Positions 52,064 through 64,000 of a stretch of DNA of 64,000 bases are shown in pieces. A model generated the notes under the pieces. It worked only from the letters and a program-made list of their open reading frames with translations. It did not search any database and was not told the DNA's origin. The stretch spans positions 29,140,001-29,204,000 of the forward strand of contig NC_043014.1 in NCBI RefSeq assembly GCF_006345805.1. Reading direction: 5' to 3'. The stretch's first letter is position 1; every line of letters starts with the position of its first letter. Made by a program: the position numbers and the translations under genes. This DNA is from Octopus sinensis (Eukaryota).

Positions 52064-52172
52064 ACACACGCGCACACATAATTTTACTTTTATTTGTTTC
52101 ACTCATTTGACTGCGGCCGTGCTGGAGCACTGTATATATATATATGTGTGTGTGTATGTGTGTGTGTTCGTG

Positions 52173-52203
<31 letters not shown>

Positions 52204-52591
52204 TTTGTGTGTGTGTGTGTATGTGTGTGGGGGGGTTGTTTGAATTTGATTATATAGACGCAGGTATGGCTGTGTGGTAAGAAGTTTGCTTCCCAACTAC
52301 ACGGTTACAGGTTCAGTCCCACTGAGTGAAACCTTGTGCAAGTGTTTTCTACACTAGCTGCGTGTTGACGTTAACCTTGAAAGTAGATTTATTACAAGGA
52401 AACTAAAAGAAGCCCACCACACACACCACACACACACACACATACACACACACACACACACACACTCATATATATATATGTATGTACGTACGTATGCATG
52501 AATTGTCATACATACATACATTCATACATACGCATGAACACATTCATAATGTATATATATATGTGCATATAATATATATATATATGTAGTG

Positions 52592-52629
<38 letters not shown>

Positions 52630-52640
52630 ATATATATATA

Positions 52641-53045
52641 GGCGCAGGAGTGGTGTGTGTGGTAAGTAACTTGCTAACCAACCACATGGTTCCGGGTTCA
52701 GTCCTACTGCGTGGCATCTTGGGCAAGTGTCTTCTGCTATAGCCCCGGGCCGACCAATGCCTGTGTGTGGATTGGTAGACGGAAAACTGAAAGAAGCCTG
52801 TCGTATATATGTATATATATATGTATGTGTGTGGTTTGTGTGTCTCTGTTTGTCCCCCTAGCATTGCTTGACAACCGCGCTGGTGTGTTTACGTCCCCGT
52901 CACTTAGCGGTTCAGCAAAAAGAGATCGATAGAATAAGTACTAGGCTTACAAAGAATAAGTCCTGGGGTCGATTTGCTCGACTAAAGGCAGTGCTCCAGC
53001 ATGGCCGCAGTCAAATGACTGAAACAAGTAAAAGAGTAAAAGAGA
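52641..53045 (+). mobile_element. SINE family A, full length (fragments also at 52080-52130 on - and 52257-52415 on +)
   Basis: Matches the consensus. Confidence 0.9.
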
Positions 53046-53360
53046 GAGAGTATATATATATATAATTATTAGTATTATTATTTTTACGTAATTTTTTTTT
53101 TTTGCATCGTTCGGTTTTCCGTCCTTGTTTCGAGGCTTTCTTCCAAGGAATCTAATGCGCTTGCTTAGATTTTCCTTTGGGGCTGGCCAGATCGGAGCAA
53201 TCTCAAGATTAATCAGCCGAAATTGCGAGGATGATCGGTTCTTGACTGAAGAGATGAAGGTTCGAATGTCCCGTCCGTTTTTTTAGTATCGTCTCTTAAA
53301 TGTTTTACATTCTTGTCCCAGTTTGTATTTTTTACAAATACTCACACACACACACACACA

Positions 53361-53429
<69 letters not shown>

Positions 53430-53865
53430 GTATATACGTATATATAGTTATGTGTATATACATGTCTGTGTCTGTGTGTTGGCATGTGTGTGTTAGGAGA
53501 TGCAGAATGTATGTATAACAAAACTTGAGAGTATATTCAAAGTTAAAGCCCGGCTGGACCGGTCACGATTCTTCTTACACACTCTCTGTGCTTTAACATC
53601 ATTTACTATTATTATATATATATATATATATATAATATATATATATTTATTTAAAAGCAGCAGAAATATAACAAAAGCAGTTACTCAGAGTTTAACCTTC
53701 TCGACGAACAGGAACGTGAAACTCTGAGTAACAGCATTTGTTATATTTCTGCTGCTTTTAAATAAAGCATGTCACAAGTTCTGGTATTTGAGTACTCTTT
53801 TTTCCACCTTGTTTCACATTTGTGTGCTTACTCCGGTATACATACATACATACATACATACACAC

Positions 53866-53909
<44 letters not shown>

Positions 53910-54115
53910 TATATATATGTACTGTATATATGTATATGCTTATATATATACACACACATATTCATACATATATATATATAGATGTATATATATATACATG
54001 TTCATATATACATATATATATAATATTCATCTATATACTTTTAAAACTGTTTGTGTTCGTGTGTGTATTATAGATATCTTCGTATATGTGTGTTATATAT
54101 GTGTGTATGTGTGTA

Positions 54116-54168
<53 letters not shown>

Positions 54169-54176
54169 GAGAGAGG

Positions 54177-54274
<98 letters not shown>

Positions 54275-54714
54275 TGATATAGATCCTGTTGAATTAGATA
54301 CTTAAGCTGAAGCACCAAATCTGTCCATTATTTTCCGATTATATATATATATATATACACAAATATGTATGTATGTATTTATATGTACATCTATATATAT
54401 TATTATATACCGATGTATATAATAATATATGCATATATATATCTATAAACGTATAAACATACATATATGCATGTATATGCGTATGTTTTTCCTTCTATGT
54501 GCTTTTGTGGGTGTGTACGTAGGTGTGTGTGGCTGTCTGTGTGCCAGTGCTTGCGCGCGCGCGTGTGAGTGAGTGTGTGTTGTCCGAATCAAGACCTTGA
54601 AAGAGGTAAAATATTAATGCTAATATGCATATATGTATCGGCATACGTCCATGTAAACACGGAAGGGCACGCATACACACACACACACGCACACATACAT
54701 ACACACATACACAC

Positions 54715-55070
54715 GTCTGTCTTTATGTTCTGAGTTCAAATTCGGCCGAGGTCGACTTTGTGTTTCATCCTTTCGGGGTCAATTAAATAAGTACCGGCAC
54801 TGGTGTTGATATAATCGATTTAATCCGTTTGTCTGTCCCTGCTTGTCCCCTCTGTGTGCAGCCCCTTGTGGGCAGTAAAGAAATAAGAAACGTTAGCACG
54901 CCGGTATTTCGTCTGTCTTTATGTTCTGAGTTCAAATTCCGCCGAGGTCGTCTTTGCCTTTCATCGTTTCCGGGTCGATAAATTATGTACCAGTTGCGTA
55001 CTGTGGTCGATCTAATCGACTGGCCCCCACCCCCAAAATTTCGAGCCTTGTGCCTAGAGTAGGAAAGGAT
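54715..55070 (+). mobile_element. Two tandem 5'-truncated SINE-B copies (tail i then tail ii)
   Basis: First ends GCCCCTTGTGGGCAGTAAAGAAATA; second ends GCCTTGTGCCTAGAGTAGGAAAGGAT. Confidence 0.85.
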
Positions 55071-56483
55071 ATATGTATGGAATATCCTAGAGAGGTTGAC
55101 ACCAAACTTTGTCATACCAGCACCTGAACTGCTGGTCACTGCATTGTTCCAAATGTCCCACCCATCCCGTCAAGTGTGATGACCATGTACTGCAATAGAT
55201 TGGGATTCAAATGTCCACAGCTATCTAATGTCTTGGCAAAACATCTGAAAAATCTACATGGATTAAGGGTAAATCTGAAAAAAACTTGACGTTCTGCTGT
55301 CCAAGCCCCAAGATTACATCAGGGCAAGAATCTAAAAAAAGGGATAGCAATTTCGAATAACCACTTTCACCAAAATGCAATCACAATAAAATGGTCATTG
55401 AAAAAGTGATAATACTGACGGTTGTCACACCACAACATTTGGGGTAGAAGAGAAACGCCTATATATACATTATAGGGTGTGTGGTATGGGTGGGTGTGGG
55501 GTGCGCGGGTGCGTATATATATATATAGAATATATATATATATATTATATATATATACATATATATATACATATATTATATGTGTATGTATATATCTATA
55601 TCTAGATATATCTAGATATCTATATATATATAACTATATATCTTTTTTCCCGTACTTCTCTATCAACATAACTATCTTAGAAACTAACTAACTTCAATTT
55701 TTTTTTTTTTTTTATAAGCTTTTGACTTTAGTTTTCTTAGTTTGTAATTTTAAGTTCAAATTTTAAATTTTTATTTTCAGTTTTAATTTTCAATTTTAGG
55801 TTTTAATTCTTAATCCTTTATCTCATATTATTTAATACCTATGAAGCTTCAAATAACAATTTTAAAAATCTGCAGTAAACTATTGAGCTTATAACCTTAC
55901 CCAGATTGGCCTTCCACCCCAAATCTACCGAAACATTAATGCTTAACCCCAAACTCCCATACAATATTGACATATCTAAATCGTTACCTTTACTTTCCTT
56001 TATTTATTTTTTATCTTATTATTCTTTACCTCTATCTCATTTTATTCTTATTCCCTTTCTCCTCTCCCGTACACACTCACTCACAAAATCCATTTACGAT
56101 ACTTCGTCATTACCTCATCTTTTATTTTCATTATTATTTTTTATTCTAAATTTCATTATTTTTATTTCTATTTTATTCTTATTTTCCCTTTTATCACTAT
56201 CTTATTTTCTAATCCTTTCTCTCTTATCTTTCTCTCACTCCTCTCCCTCTCTCTCTCTCTCTTTTTCATACACCCACTCACAAAACCCATTCATGTCCAT
56301 CATACTTCCTCGCTCTATATACACATTTACAATATAAATACGTCATTCACAACACTGCCAAAATGTCGCCTGGATTTACATCGGATTTTAACTAAAAACC
56401 TGTACCTTCATGGAAATACCGACCGACTTTCATATCCTCTGGAAAAAGTTGAGTTGCGAAGATTACTCTCCTGCCTATATTCT

Positions 56484-56514
<31 letters not shown>

Positions 56515-56621
56515 ATATATACAAAGTAGTAAATAAATGGCACAACTAAGTACCGATATTTACCGGAAGGCAATACTTTGTATTGCATTACTAATTTATA
56601 TATATATATATATATATATAT

Positions 56622-56858
56622 GTTTCTTTATTACCCACAAGGGACTAAACATAGAGGGGACAAACAAGGACAGACAAACGGATTAAGTCGATTACATCGA
56701 CCCCCAGTGCTGGTACTTAACTGGTACTTAATTTATCGACCCCGAAAGGATGAAAGGCAAAGTCGACCTTGGCGGAATTTGAACTCGGGACGTAACGACA
56801 GACGAAATACGGTTACGCATTTCGTCCGGCGTGCTAACGTTTCTGCCAGCTCGCCGCC
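56622..56858 (-). mobile_element. SINE family B, full length, Tx1-type tail
   Basis: Reverse-complement head GGCGGCGAGCTGGCAGAAACGTTAGC; tail contains the exact 26-mer of the LINE 3' UTR. Confidence 0.9.
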
Positions 56859-56877
56859 ATATATATATATAAAACAC

Positions 56878-56929
<52 letters not shown>

Positions 56930-56934
<5 letters not shown>

Positions 56935-58030
56935 ACAGAAGTAAATAGACACCTTTATAATCATTAAAATTTATTTGAATCTGAAATTATACAATCAAAT
57001 TATTTATTAATCATTATAATGTGAATATCTGATATTTGTAGACATTCCGTTTGCATTTTTCAATGCAAAGATCCTAAGGCATGGTACTGAGCAGATGATG
57101 AATATTATCTTGAGGAATTTCTTGGACAAGTTTCATACAGTAATCTCAAAAGATCTGACTTTGAGGATGCTTTCTTGTTCTTTTTACGATGTGCTTTCTC
57201 TATTATGTCCCAGAGGTATTCAATAGGGTTCATATCTGGTGACTGGCTTGGCTATGGAAGTTTTTTAATGCCATTCTTTTCCAACCACTCTTGGGTCTTG
57301 TTAACCATGTGACAAGGAGCCCCCATCTTCTATAAATAAAGAGTCTTCTTTAATCATTTCACCATTGGAGAAGACTGGAAAGAGACCTTTCTGCAATATG
57401 GACACATATTTATCTGAGTTTATGATTCCATTACACTCCGCTAACTGATTGACCAATAAACAAAATTATTCCCCAGACCATCACAGAATAGCTACCTAGT
57501 TTCATTGTTGGCAGCAACTTTTTCGTGTCAAATTCTTGATCACAGAGTCTCCAGACCCACACTTGACCACCGTCAGAAAATACAGCAAATCTGGACTCAT
57601 CAGAGAATATGACAGTTTCTCAAAATGCTAGCGGCATCATCTCACTGGCCCAATCGTTTCCCCACTTGATATTGATTGGTTGAAGAAATAGCTTCCTTGT
57701 TGCTGCTCTGCCATAGTAGCCAAGTTTGTGGCGACAACTGACAGCTGTCCTGGGGCTGACATCAACCTGTTTCGCTATGTCAGAGGTCTTGCAATAAGGA
57801 TTATCCTCCACACTTCACTAAACAAAGCAGATGGTCCTGGTCGACCTGGGCGAGGTGATGTAGACTCCTTCCCCTCCCTGATGAATTGCACAATCACCCT
57901 ATTAACTGTAGAAAGCGGAATCCCAAGGTATTCTGCGATTTTACGCTAAGTCCACCTTCAGATTGACCCACAATACGGCCTCTTTGAAATTTGAACAGTT
58001 ACAAGGATTCTTTTGTACGTGCCATGATTA
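56930..58030 (-). mobile_element. Decayed Tc1-like transposon
   Basis: Minus strand: GRPGRP, VIFSDESRFAV, P*PSQSPDMNPIEYLWDII (Tc1 DD34E signature). Confidence 0.85.
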
Positions 58031-58049
58031 AACAGTCACATATATATCC

Positions 58050-58536
58050 TCCGTTAAAATTAAATGCATTGATCCGTACTTATTCCCACTTTGTGAGCAA
58101 TTTCCTGGATTGTTGCACGACGGTTTTCCATATCTATTCGTCGTACCTTCTCAATTAGCTCTTCCTTTCAGTTTGTAGATGGCCTGCCAGAGCGTGCTTC
58201 GCTCTGCACTGAGGCACGGCCATGTTTGAAGAGTTTGTACCACTCATGGAATTAAGTTTTGCCTATGGCATCATTGCCAGAGGCCTGCTGAATCTTCTGG
58301 GTGGTTTGAGCTTGAGTATCACCAAACTTTCGGCAAAACTTGATGCAATATCTCCCTTAGTCGAATTCGGTGAAATCAAAACTCAGGCGACGCGTACTAA
58401 ACGTCTATACTCTAAGCGTAACTACCAGCGCAGAAATTTTCGCGCATGCGCAAAAAAGAATGATGTCACTTCCCCTTCAAAGGATTTCGCCTACTCGGCA
58501 TTAGATTTGGCGGGAAAAAATAAACGCATTTCGTTT

Positions 58537-58540
<4 letters not shown>
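58050..58540 (-). mobile_element. mariner 5' fragment (HTH region)
   Basis: RYCIKFCRKFGDTQAQT..KIQQASGNDA ... EWYKLFKHGRASVQSEARSGRPST. Confidence 0.8.
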
Positions 58541-58580
<40 letters not shown>

Positions 58581-58719
58581 GTATGTATGTATGTATGTAT
58601 GTATGTATATAGGTAGGTAGGTAGGTAGGTAGGTAGGTAGGTAGGTAGGTAGGTAGGTTGATAGGTAGGTAGCTGGGTAGATAGATAGATAGCGGCAGAG
58701 AGAGAGAGAGAGTAAGTGT

Positions 58720-58768
<49 letters not shown>

Positions 58769-59032
58769 CGTAGGGGAAGAAGAGAGAGATAGGGATGTTA
58801 ACAGCTAAAGGAGACATGTGTTGGCCGTAAGTGTCATGCCCGAAACTACCGGCCATTGAGCCAGCGATACAGCTTTACACTTAATAATTACGCATATATG
58901 ATACCTGCTCTCTCTATTGACTTCTATTTGTACCACTGGCCCTATAAATATATTATGTAAGGTATACATACATACATACATACATACATACATACATACA
59001 TACATACATACATACATACATACATACATACA

Positions 59033-59477
59033 TAAGATCAGTGAAAAAGAGAGCACCTATGCTGAACTATTGAGAAATCTACAATTACACTATCCAGATT
59101 ACAAGTTCAGGTTTATACCTGTAATTATTTGGGCCCTTAGATATGTAACGCATTGCCTAAATGCCAATCTTGAGAAATTAGACTTCACAAAACCAGAAAG
59201 GAAAAAACCTAATTCTAAGACTACAGATCCAATCCATCACTGGAACTATAAAAATCTGTAAAACCTTCCAGAATTGTATTATTTAAATATATATGACCAT
59301 GTCTAGATATGTAACTATATGCATGAGGATATATACATAAAACATACAAATCTGCATATACATACATACATACATACATACATACATACATACAAACAAA
59401 CAAAAATGTCCTAGGTTAGAAACCGGTTCTTTCCCTATTGGTAAGAAATCTTGAAATAAACTGAATAATGACATACA
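59033..59477 (+). mobile_element. 3' fragment of an RLE-type non-LTR retrotransposon within (CATA)n
   Basis: KISEKESTYAELLRNLQ....FRFIPVIIWAL resembles the K..KY..L ... PV.IGALG C-terminus of restriction-like endonucleases; flanked by CATA repeats on both sides. Confidence 0.6.
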
Positions 59478-59942
59478 TACATATACAGTGTGGTGCAAAA
59501 GTAGGCTAACAATTGTATATTTTTATTTTTACAGGACAATGAAGCATAATGTGATATTCCAACAGGATGAGGCACCACCGCCTTATGCAATTCGTGTGCG
59601 CAATTTCCTCAGTGAAATATTCCCTTGGAGGTGGATTGGGCGACGTGGGAGTATTGAATGGCCGCTCAATACCCCAGACCTAACGACCATGGATTTTTTT
59701 TTCTGGGGTGTTGTGAAAGAGAAAGTATTCCAAAGAAAACCATGCATTCTGCCCCAGCTATGTGGGTTCAGTACAGAGGCCTACCTGGAAATCAACACTG
59801 ACCTGAACCTGGGTCGTTGTGCGTGTCGCAGTGTGGCTGATATAATCCAAGAATGGGTCAATGTTCGGAGCGGAGATTTTGATCATTTACGAGACTAATA
59901 TTGTACAATGGCTTTTAAATAAAAAGATAAAATATACAACTA

Positions 59943-60338
59943 CTAGCAGTATCGCCCGGCGTTGCTCGGGTTTGTAAGGGAAATAATTATATAAGCATTT
60001 TTAGAGATGTAAAGTATAATAGCCATCTCAATATGGCTAACCACAAAGGGGGAGGGGTGTTACTGTAGCTTTTTACGTTCTGAGATTTAATAATAAATTT
60101 TAGAGAGTTACTTCCCTTATATATGTCAAAAATGGATTAAAAATGGGAAAAATTGATGGTAAATTTTTTTTTAAATCGTAGACTCATCGTAGACGCGCGC
60201 TAATACCCAGACGGTCTCGATAAGAATCACGACTATAAGATACCCGGTTTTGGTTAAACTGCATCGCAAAATGTGGGGAGTAGTTAGGAATCTAAATCGT
60301 AGGAGACAGACACACAACCTCACTTTTATATATAAAGA
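59943..60338 (-). mobile_element. Non-autonomous Helitron-like element
   Basis: Minus strand 5'-TC...CTAG-3' in an A|T site; subterminal hairpin CCCGGCGTTGCTCGGG (59955-59970). Confidence 0.7.
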
Positions 60339-60431
60339 TTCCTCTATTACATAATATTGAGGTCTCTTTCTTTCTTTTGTATCTTACTGTTTTTACAAAT
60401 AACATATATATATATATAAATATATATATAG

Positions 60432-60750
60432 TTACAGAGATGTACTTGCATAGCAAGTGACTTGATCTGAGATCGTGTGCTGGAACGAAAACAGTTGCAG
60501 CGTTGAAGGTGTTTATAAGCCATTTAAGAAAACACACAAAAACCGTTAGATTCACTTCAACATTTAATTATTTGTCAAAATATTTTCATCGCTTTGAGAC
60601 CGCGACCTGTTAGCACGATATTTTTGTCAGTGAACAGGTCGCGGTCTCAAAGCGACGAAAATATTTGGCAAATTAAATTTAAATGTTGAAGTGAATGTAA
60701 CGGTTTTTGTGTGTTTCTTAATGGCTTACAAACACCTTCCACGCTGCAAT
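60432..60750. repeat. Foldback element with ~117-bp arms, Penelope-like terminal-repeat type
   Basis: Arms 60495-60611 and 60633-60749; contains GTCGC-n9-GCGAC-GAAAATATTT. Confidence 0.7.
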
Positions 60751-60819
60751 ATATATACACACATATATATATGTATGTATGTATGTATGTGTGTATATGT
60801 GTATGCATGTATGTGGGTG

Positions 60820-61040
60820 TGTGCGTCTGTGCTTGTGATTGTCCTCCACCACTGCTTGACAACGAATGTTGGTTTGTTACATCCCTGTCACCTAGTGGTT
60901 TGACAAAGGAAACAGATAGAATAAGTACAATGCTTACAAAAATAAAAGTGGAGTTGATTCATTAAACTACAATTCTTCAAGGCATTGCCCCAGCATGGCC
61001 ACAGACCAATGGCTGGAAAAAGCAGAAGAATAAAAGAATA
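60820..61040 (+). mobile_element. SINE family A, old 3' half
   Basis: CACTGCTTGACAAC...GATAGAATAAGTAC...CCCAGCATGGCCACAG. Confidence 0.7.
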
Positions 61041-61097
61041 CATTCTCTGCTTTGGTCAAGGCATGAGAAAGCTTGAGTTTACATGAGAAGGCCTAAC

Positions 61098-61470
61098 AGA
61101 CCTGGGAAGAAACAGCAGCCAAATCTCCCTCAAATCACACCTTACTGTCTTATGTATGTATATATATATGAGCCAATGAGGGGGACCTCTACATGGTAGC
61201 TAGACCTGGTAGAAAAGCAGCCAAATTTCCCCCAAATCACACCTTACTGTCTTATCTATGTATATATGTATGTATGAGCCTATGAGGGAGACCCCTACAT
61301 GGCAGCTAGACCTGGTAGAAATAGCAGCCAAATTTCCCCCAAATCACACCTTACTGTCTTATCTATGTATATATGTATGTATGAGCCTATGAGGGAGACC
61401 CCTACATGGCAGCTAGACATGGTAGAAATAGCAGCCAAATCTCCCTCAAATCACACCTTACTGTCTTATC
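61098..61470. repeat. Minisatellite, ~105-bp unit x3.5, derived from repeat family C (reverse strand)
   Basis: Units start at 61098, 61202, 61308 and 61415; AGAAATAGCAGCCAAATCTCCCTCAAATC is the reverse complement of the family C motif. Confidence 0.85.
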
Positions 61471-62024
61471 TTTCTGCTACTTGGATATAGGTGTTATATT
61501 CGTCGTAAAAACTTTCCTATCACACACTCACGCACACGCACACACACACACACACGCACCCTCACACACACACACGCGCGCACCACCACACACCCACTCA
61601 CACACACGCACGTTAGCTTACAATTTTATTTATATATTTGCGTGTGTATGTGTGGAAAGAGGAAGTGGGAAGCAGAGTGAAAGAATCACTCACTACAGTA
61701 AGTCAATTACTTTCATTTTATTCGTTGCCCACTGTGTGTGTGCGTTTGCGTGTGGTGTAAACCAGACTAAGAAAAGCATTTGACACACACACCAGAATGT
61801 GAGTTTTCTGTAAAATTTTGCTTAATTGGAGTTTAAATTTTAAAAACTGGACCTGGCATGACGCGATGCATGTACTCTTAAAACTATAGGTAAATTGTAA
61901 TTGAAGAAATCCTATATTTAGATTTGTATAACTCCCAAGGGAGGCAGATAAAATCTGCCTTTTATATAAGAGATACAACTGTAAGCCTACTTTGCACCGC
62001 CCTGGATATAAGTATGTATATATA

Positions 62025-62058
<34 letters not shown>

Positions 62059-62266
62059 CGGGAAGGTTACGAAAAATAAACAAAAGACGAAGGCAGGTGG
62101 AGTACAAACAAACAATTGTATTAGTATGGCGCTCAGGAATAGAAATAAAACAAGTCTTTTACGTTTCGAGCCTACGCTCTTCGACAGAAAGATACACAGA
62201 AAAGAAACAAGGAGAGAAACAAGGAGAGAAAAAAATGCATGCAGGAGCTAACGATTCAACATGGCG

Positions 62267-62309
<43 letters not shown>

Positions 62310-62383
62310 CATATATATACACATGCATACATACATACATAGATACATACAAACATACATACATACATACATACATACATACA

Positions 62384-62417
<34 letters not shown>

Positions 62418-62905
62418 CATACACCTCATGTTGTGCGTCTGAAGAATGTGCCTTATTTTATAGGGTCAGTTGTGTGGCGATAGTGAAGTGAGGAAGATGC
62501 TGACAATGTTAGTTAATGTAACCAATGTATTATTCGTTCATGGTTTTAGTTCCTATCATGGTTTGGACCTGTTCATAGGGTCTTTTTTAAATTTTCTGTT
62601 GAAGCGTTTAGCAAAAGCAGTGAATCTGTGGCCTTCATCTTTTTTTTGAGGCTCCCTGTATGCGTCATTGTGTGTGTGTGTGAGTATGTGTAGATACATA
62701 GATAAGTAAATGTATACGTATATACATATATACGCACATATATTTATATATACCCATATACATGGATGCATGTATATGTATACACACACATATATAAATA
62801 TAGATAGAGAGAGAGAGAGAGGTAGCTAGATTGCTTGATAGATAGGTTCATAGATGTGTATATTTATATGTATAAAGATATATATCAATGTGTGTGCGTA
62901 TATAT

Positions 62906-62987
<82 letters not shown>

Positions 62988-63228
62988 GAATTCTCCCTAC
63001 ATATTTATATACACATATATATGCACACATTCATACGATATACATATATATGTATGTATATATATATATGTGTTTATATAAATTATATTTATACATATAG
63101 ATTATCTTTATATATGTATATTTATATACATATGAATATAGTATACTATATACACATGTATATATATATGTGTGTGTGTGTGTGTATCTTAAATAGATAT
63201 GTAGTTAGATATAGACAGACAGACAGAA

Positions 63229-63267
<39 letters not shown>

Positions 63268-63292
63268 TAGATAGATAGATAGATAGATAGAT

Positions 63293-63337
<45 letters not shown>

Positions 63338-64000
63338 TTATCACATTATACGTGTTATTATGCCGTTTTATTATTTTTTCAATGTCCTTTTTTTTCAGCT
63401 TAGAGAAAGAACACCACCACACCCAGACTGTTCTATCATAACTGTCATAGACAACACAGAGCGATTGTGTTAGTAGTTAAAAAAAAAAGTAAGAAATGCC
63501 GCCACCATCACCACCACCACCAACCACCACCACTCCTATCACACCTACAGTCTGCCACTTTTTACCGCCACCACAAACATTATTGCCGTTACCACACAAT
63601 CACCACCAACGTCTCCACATACAACATTCGGCTCTGCCTCAATTATAACCACTTCCACCATCATCGCAGTCCACTAGCAGCAAGCAATCACCATCGCCGC
63701 CATTATAAGAACCACAATCACCATCACCGAAACCGCCACCTGTATCACCTCAACAGTCGCCACCGCCTCCACTTACCACCACCAGCTTAACAACTACTGC
63801 TACTACTACTACTATGAATACTACCATTGCAACCATCTCAACCACTGACGCCGACGACAAATGTACAGATTCTTTCAGTGACTTGCCTGCGTCGAGAAAT
63901 CCTTTATTACGTCACCCACAGGCAAAGCAGTCAGTCAACACCGCTGCTGCCGCCACCACTACCACCACCACCACCATCAACTGTGCAGACACAACACCAA

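Larger units (their letters stand above)
59486..62004 (+). mobile_element. DD41D (rosa-type) Tc1/mariner deletion derivative whose right TIR is split by a ~2-kb insertion
   Basis: FQQD-x41-D (QQDEAPP...RWIGRRG.IEWP..TPDLTTMDFFFWG); left TIR CAGTGTGGTGCAAAAGTAGGCTAACAATTGTAT; right TIR ATACAACTGTAAGCCTACTTTGCACCGCCCTG at 61973-62004. Confidence 0.8.

Noticed and set aside
63710-64000. Open + frame running off the window end (EPQSPSPKPPP...DADDKCTDSFSDLPASRNPLLRHPQ...)
   Set aside because: Mostly ACC/ACT low-complexity sequence, no clear acceptor, truncated by the window edge; cannot be supported, though not excluded.

Overview
Eukaryotic, AT-rich, repeat-saturated DNA with no confidently identifiable host gene. 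The repeat repertoire suggests an octopus or other cephalopod genome, intronic or intergenic (inference). Most of the ORF track is translated microsatellite. Real content: (1) a near full-length but frameshifted Tx1/L1-clade LINE (~22.9-27.9 kb; ORF1 with CCHC knuckle, ORF2 APE-RT-CCHC), a second divergent copy (43.2-47.0 kb) and a third 3' fragment (47.5-48.0 kb); (2) a decayed R4/Dong-like RLE retrotransposon and another RLE fragment; (3) two abundant tRNA-derived SINE families (A and B); (4) mariner, Tc1, DD41D and Tigger relics, hAT and piggyBac MITEs, and Helitron-like elements; (5) several foldback families carrying minimal hammerhead-ribozyme-like motifs, as known for Penelope-like elements; (6) three tandem duplications that may be long-read assembly artefacts. 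The most interesting signal is an apparent SINE/LINE partnership. One SINE-B tail shares an exact 26-bp block with the Tx1 3' UTR. All three SINE-B tail types and all three Tx1 copies end in a 4-bp-stem/5-nt-loop hairpin (mostly CUUGU) with compensatory stem changes.
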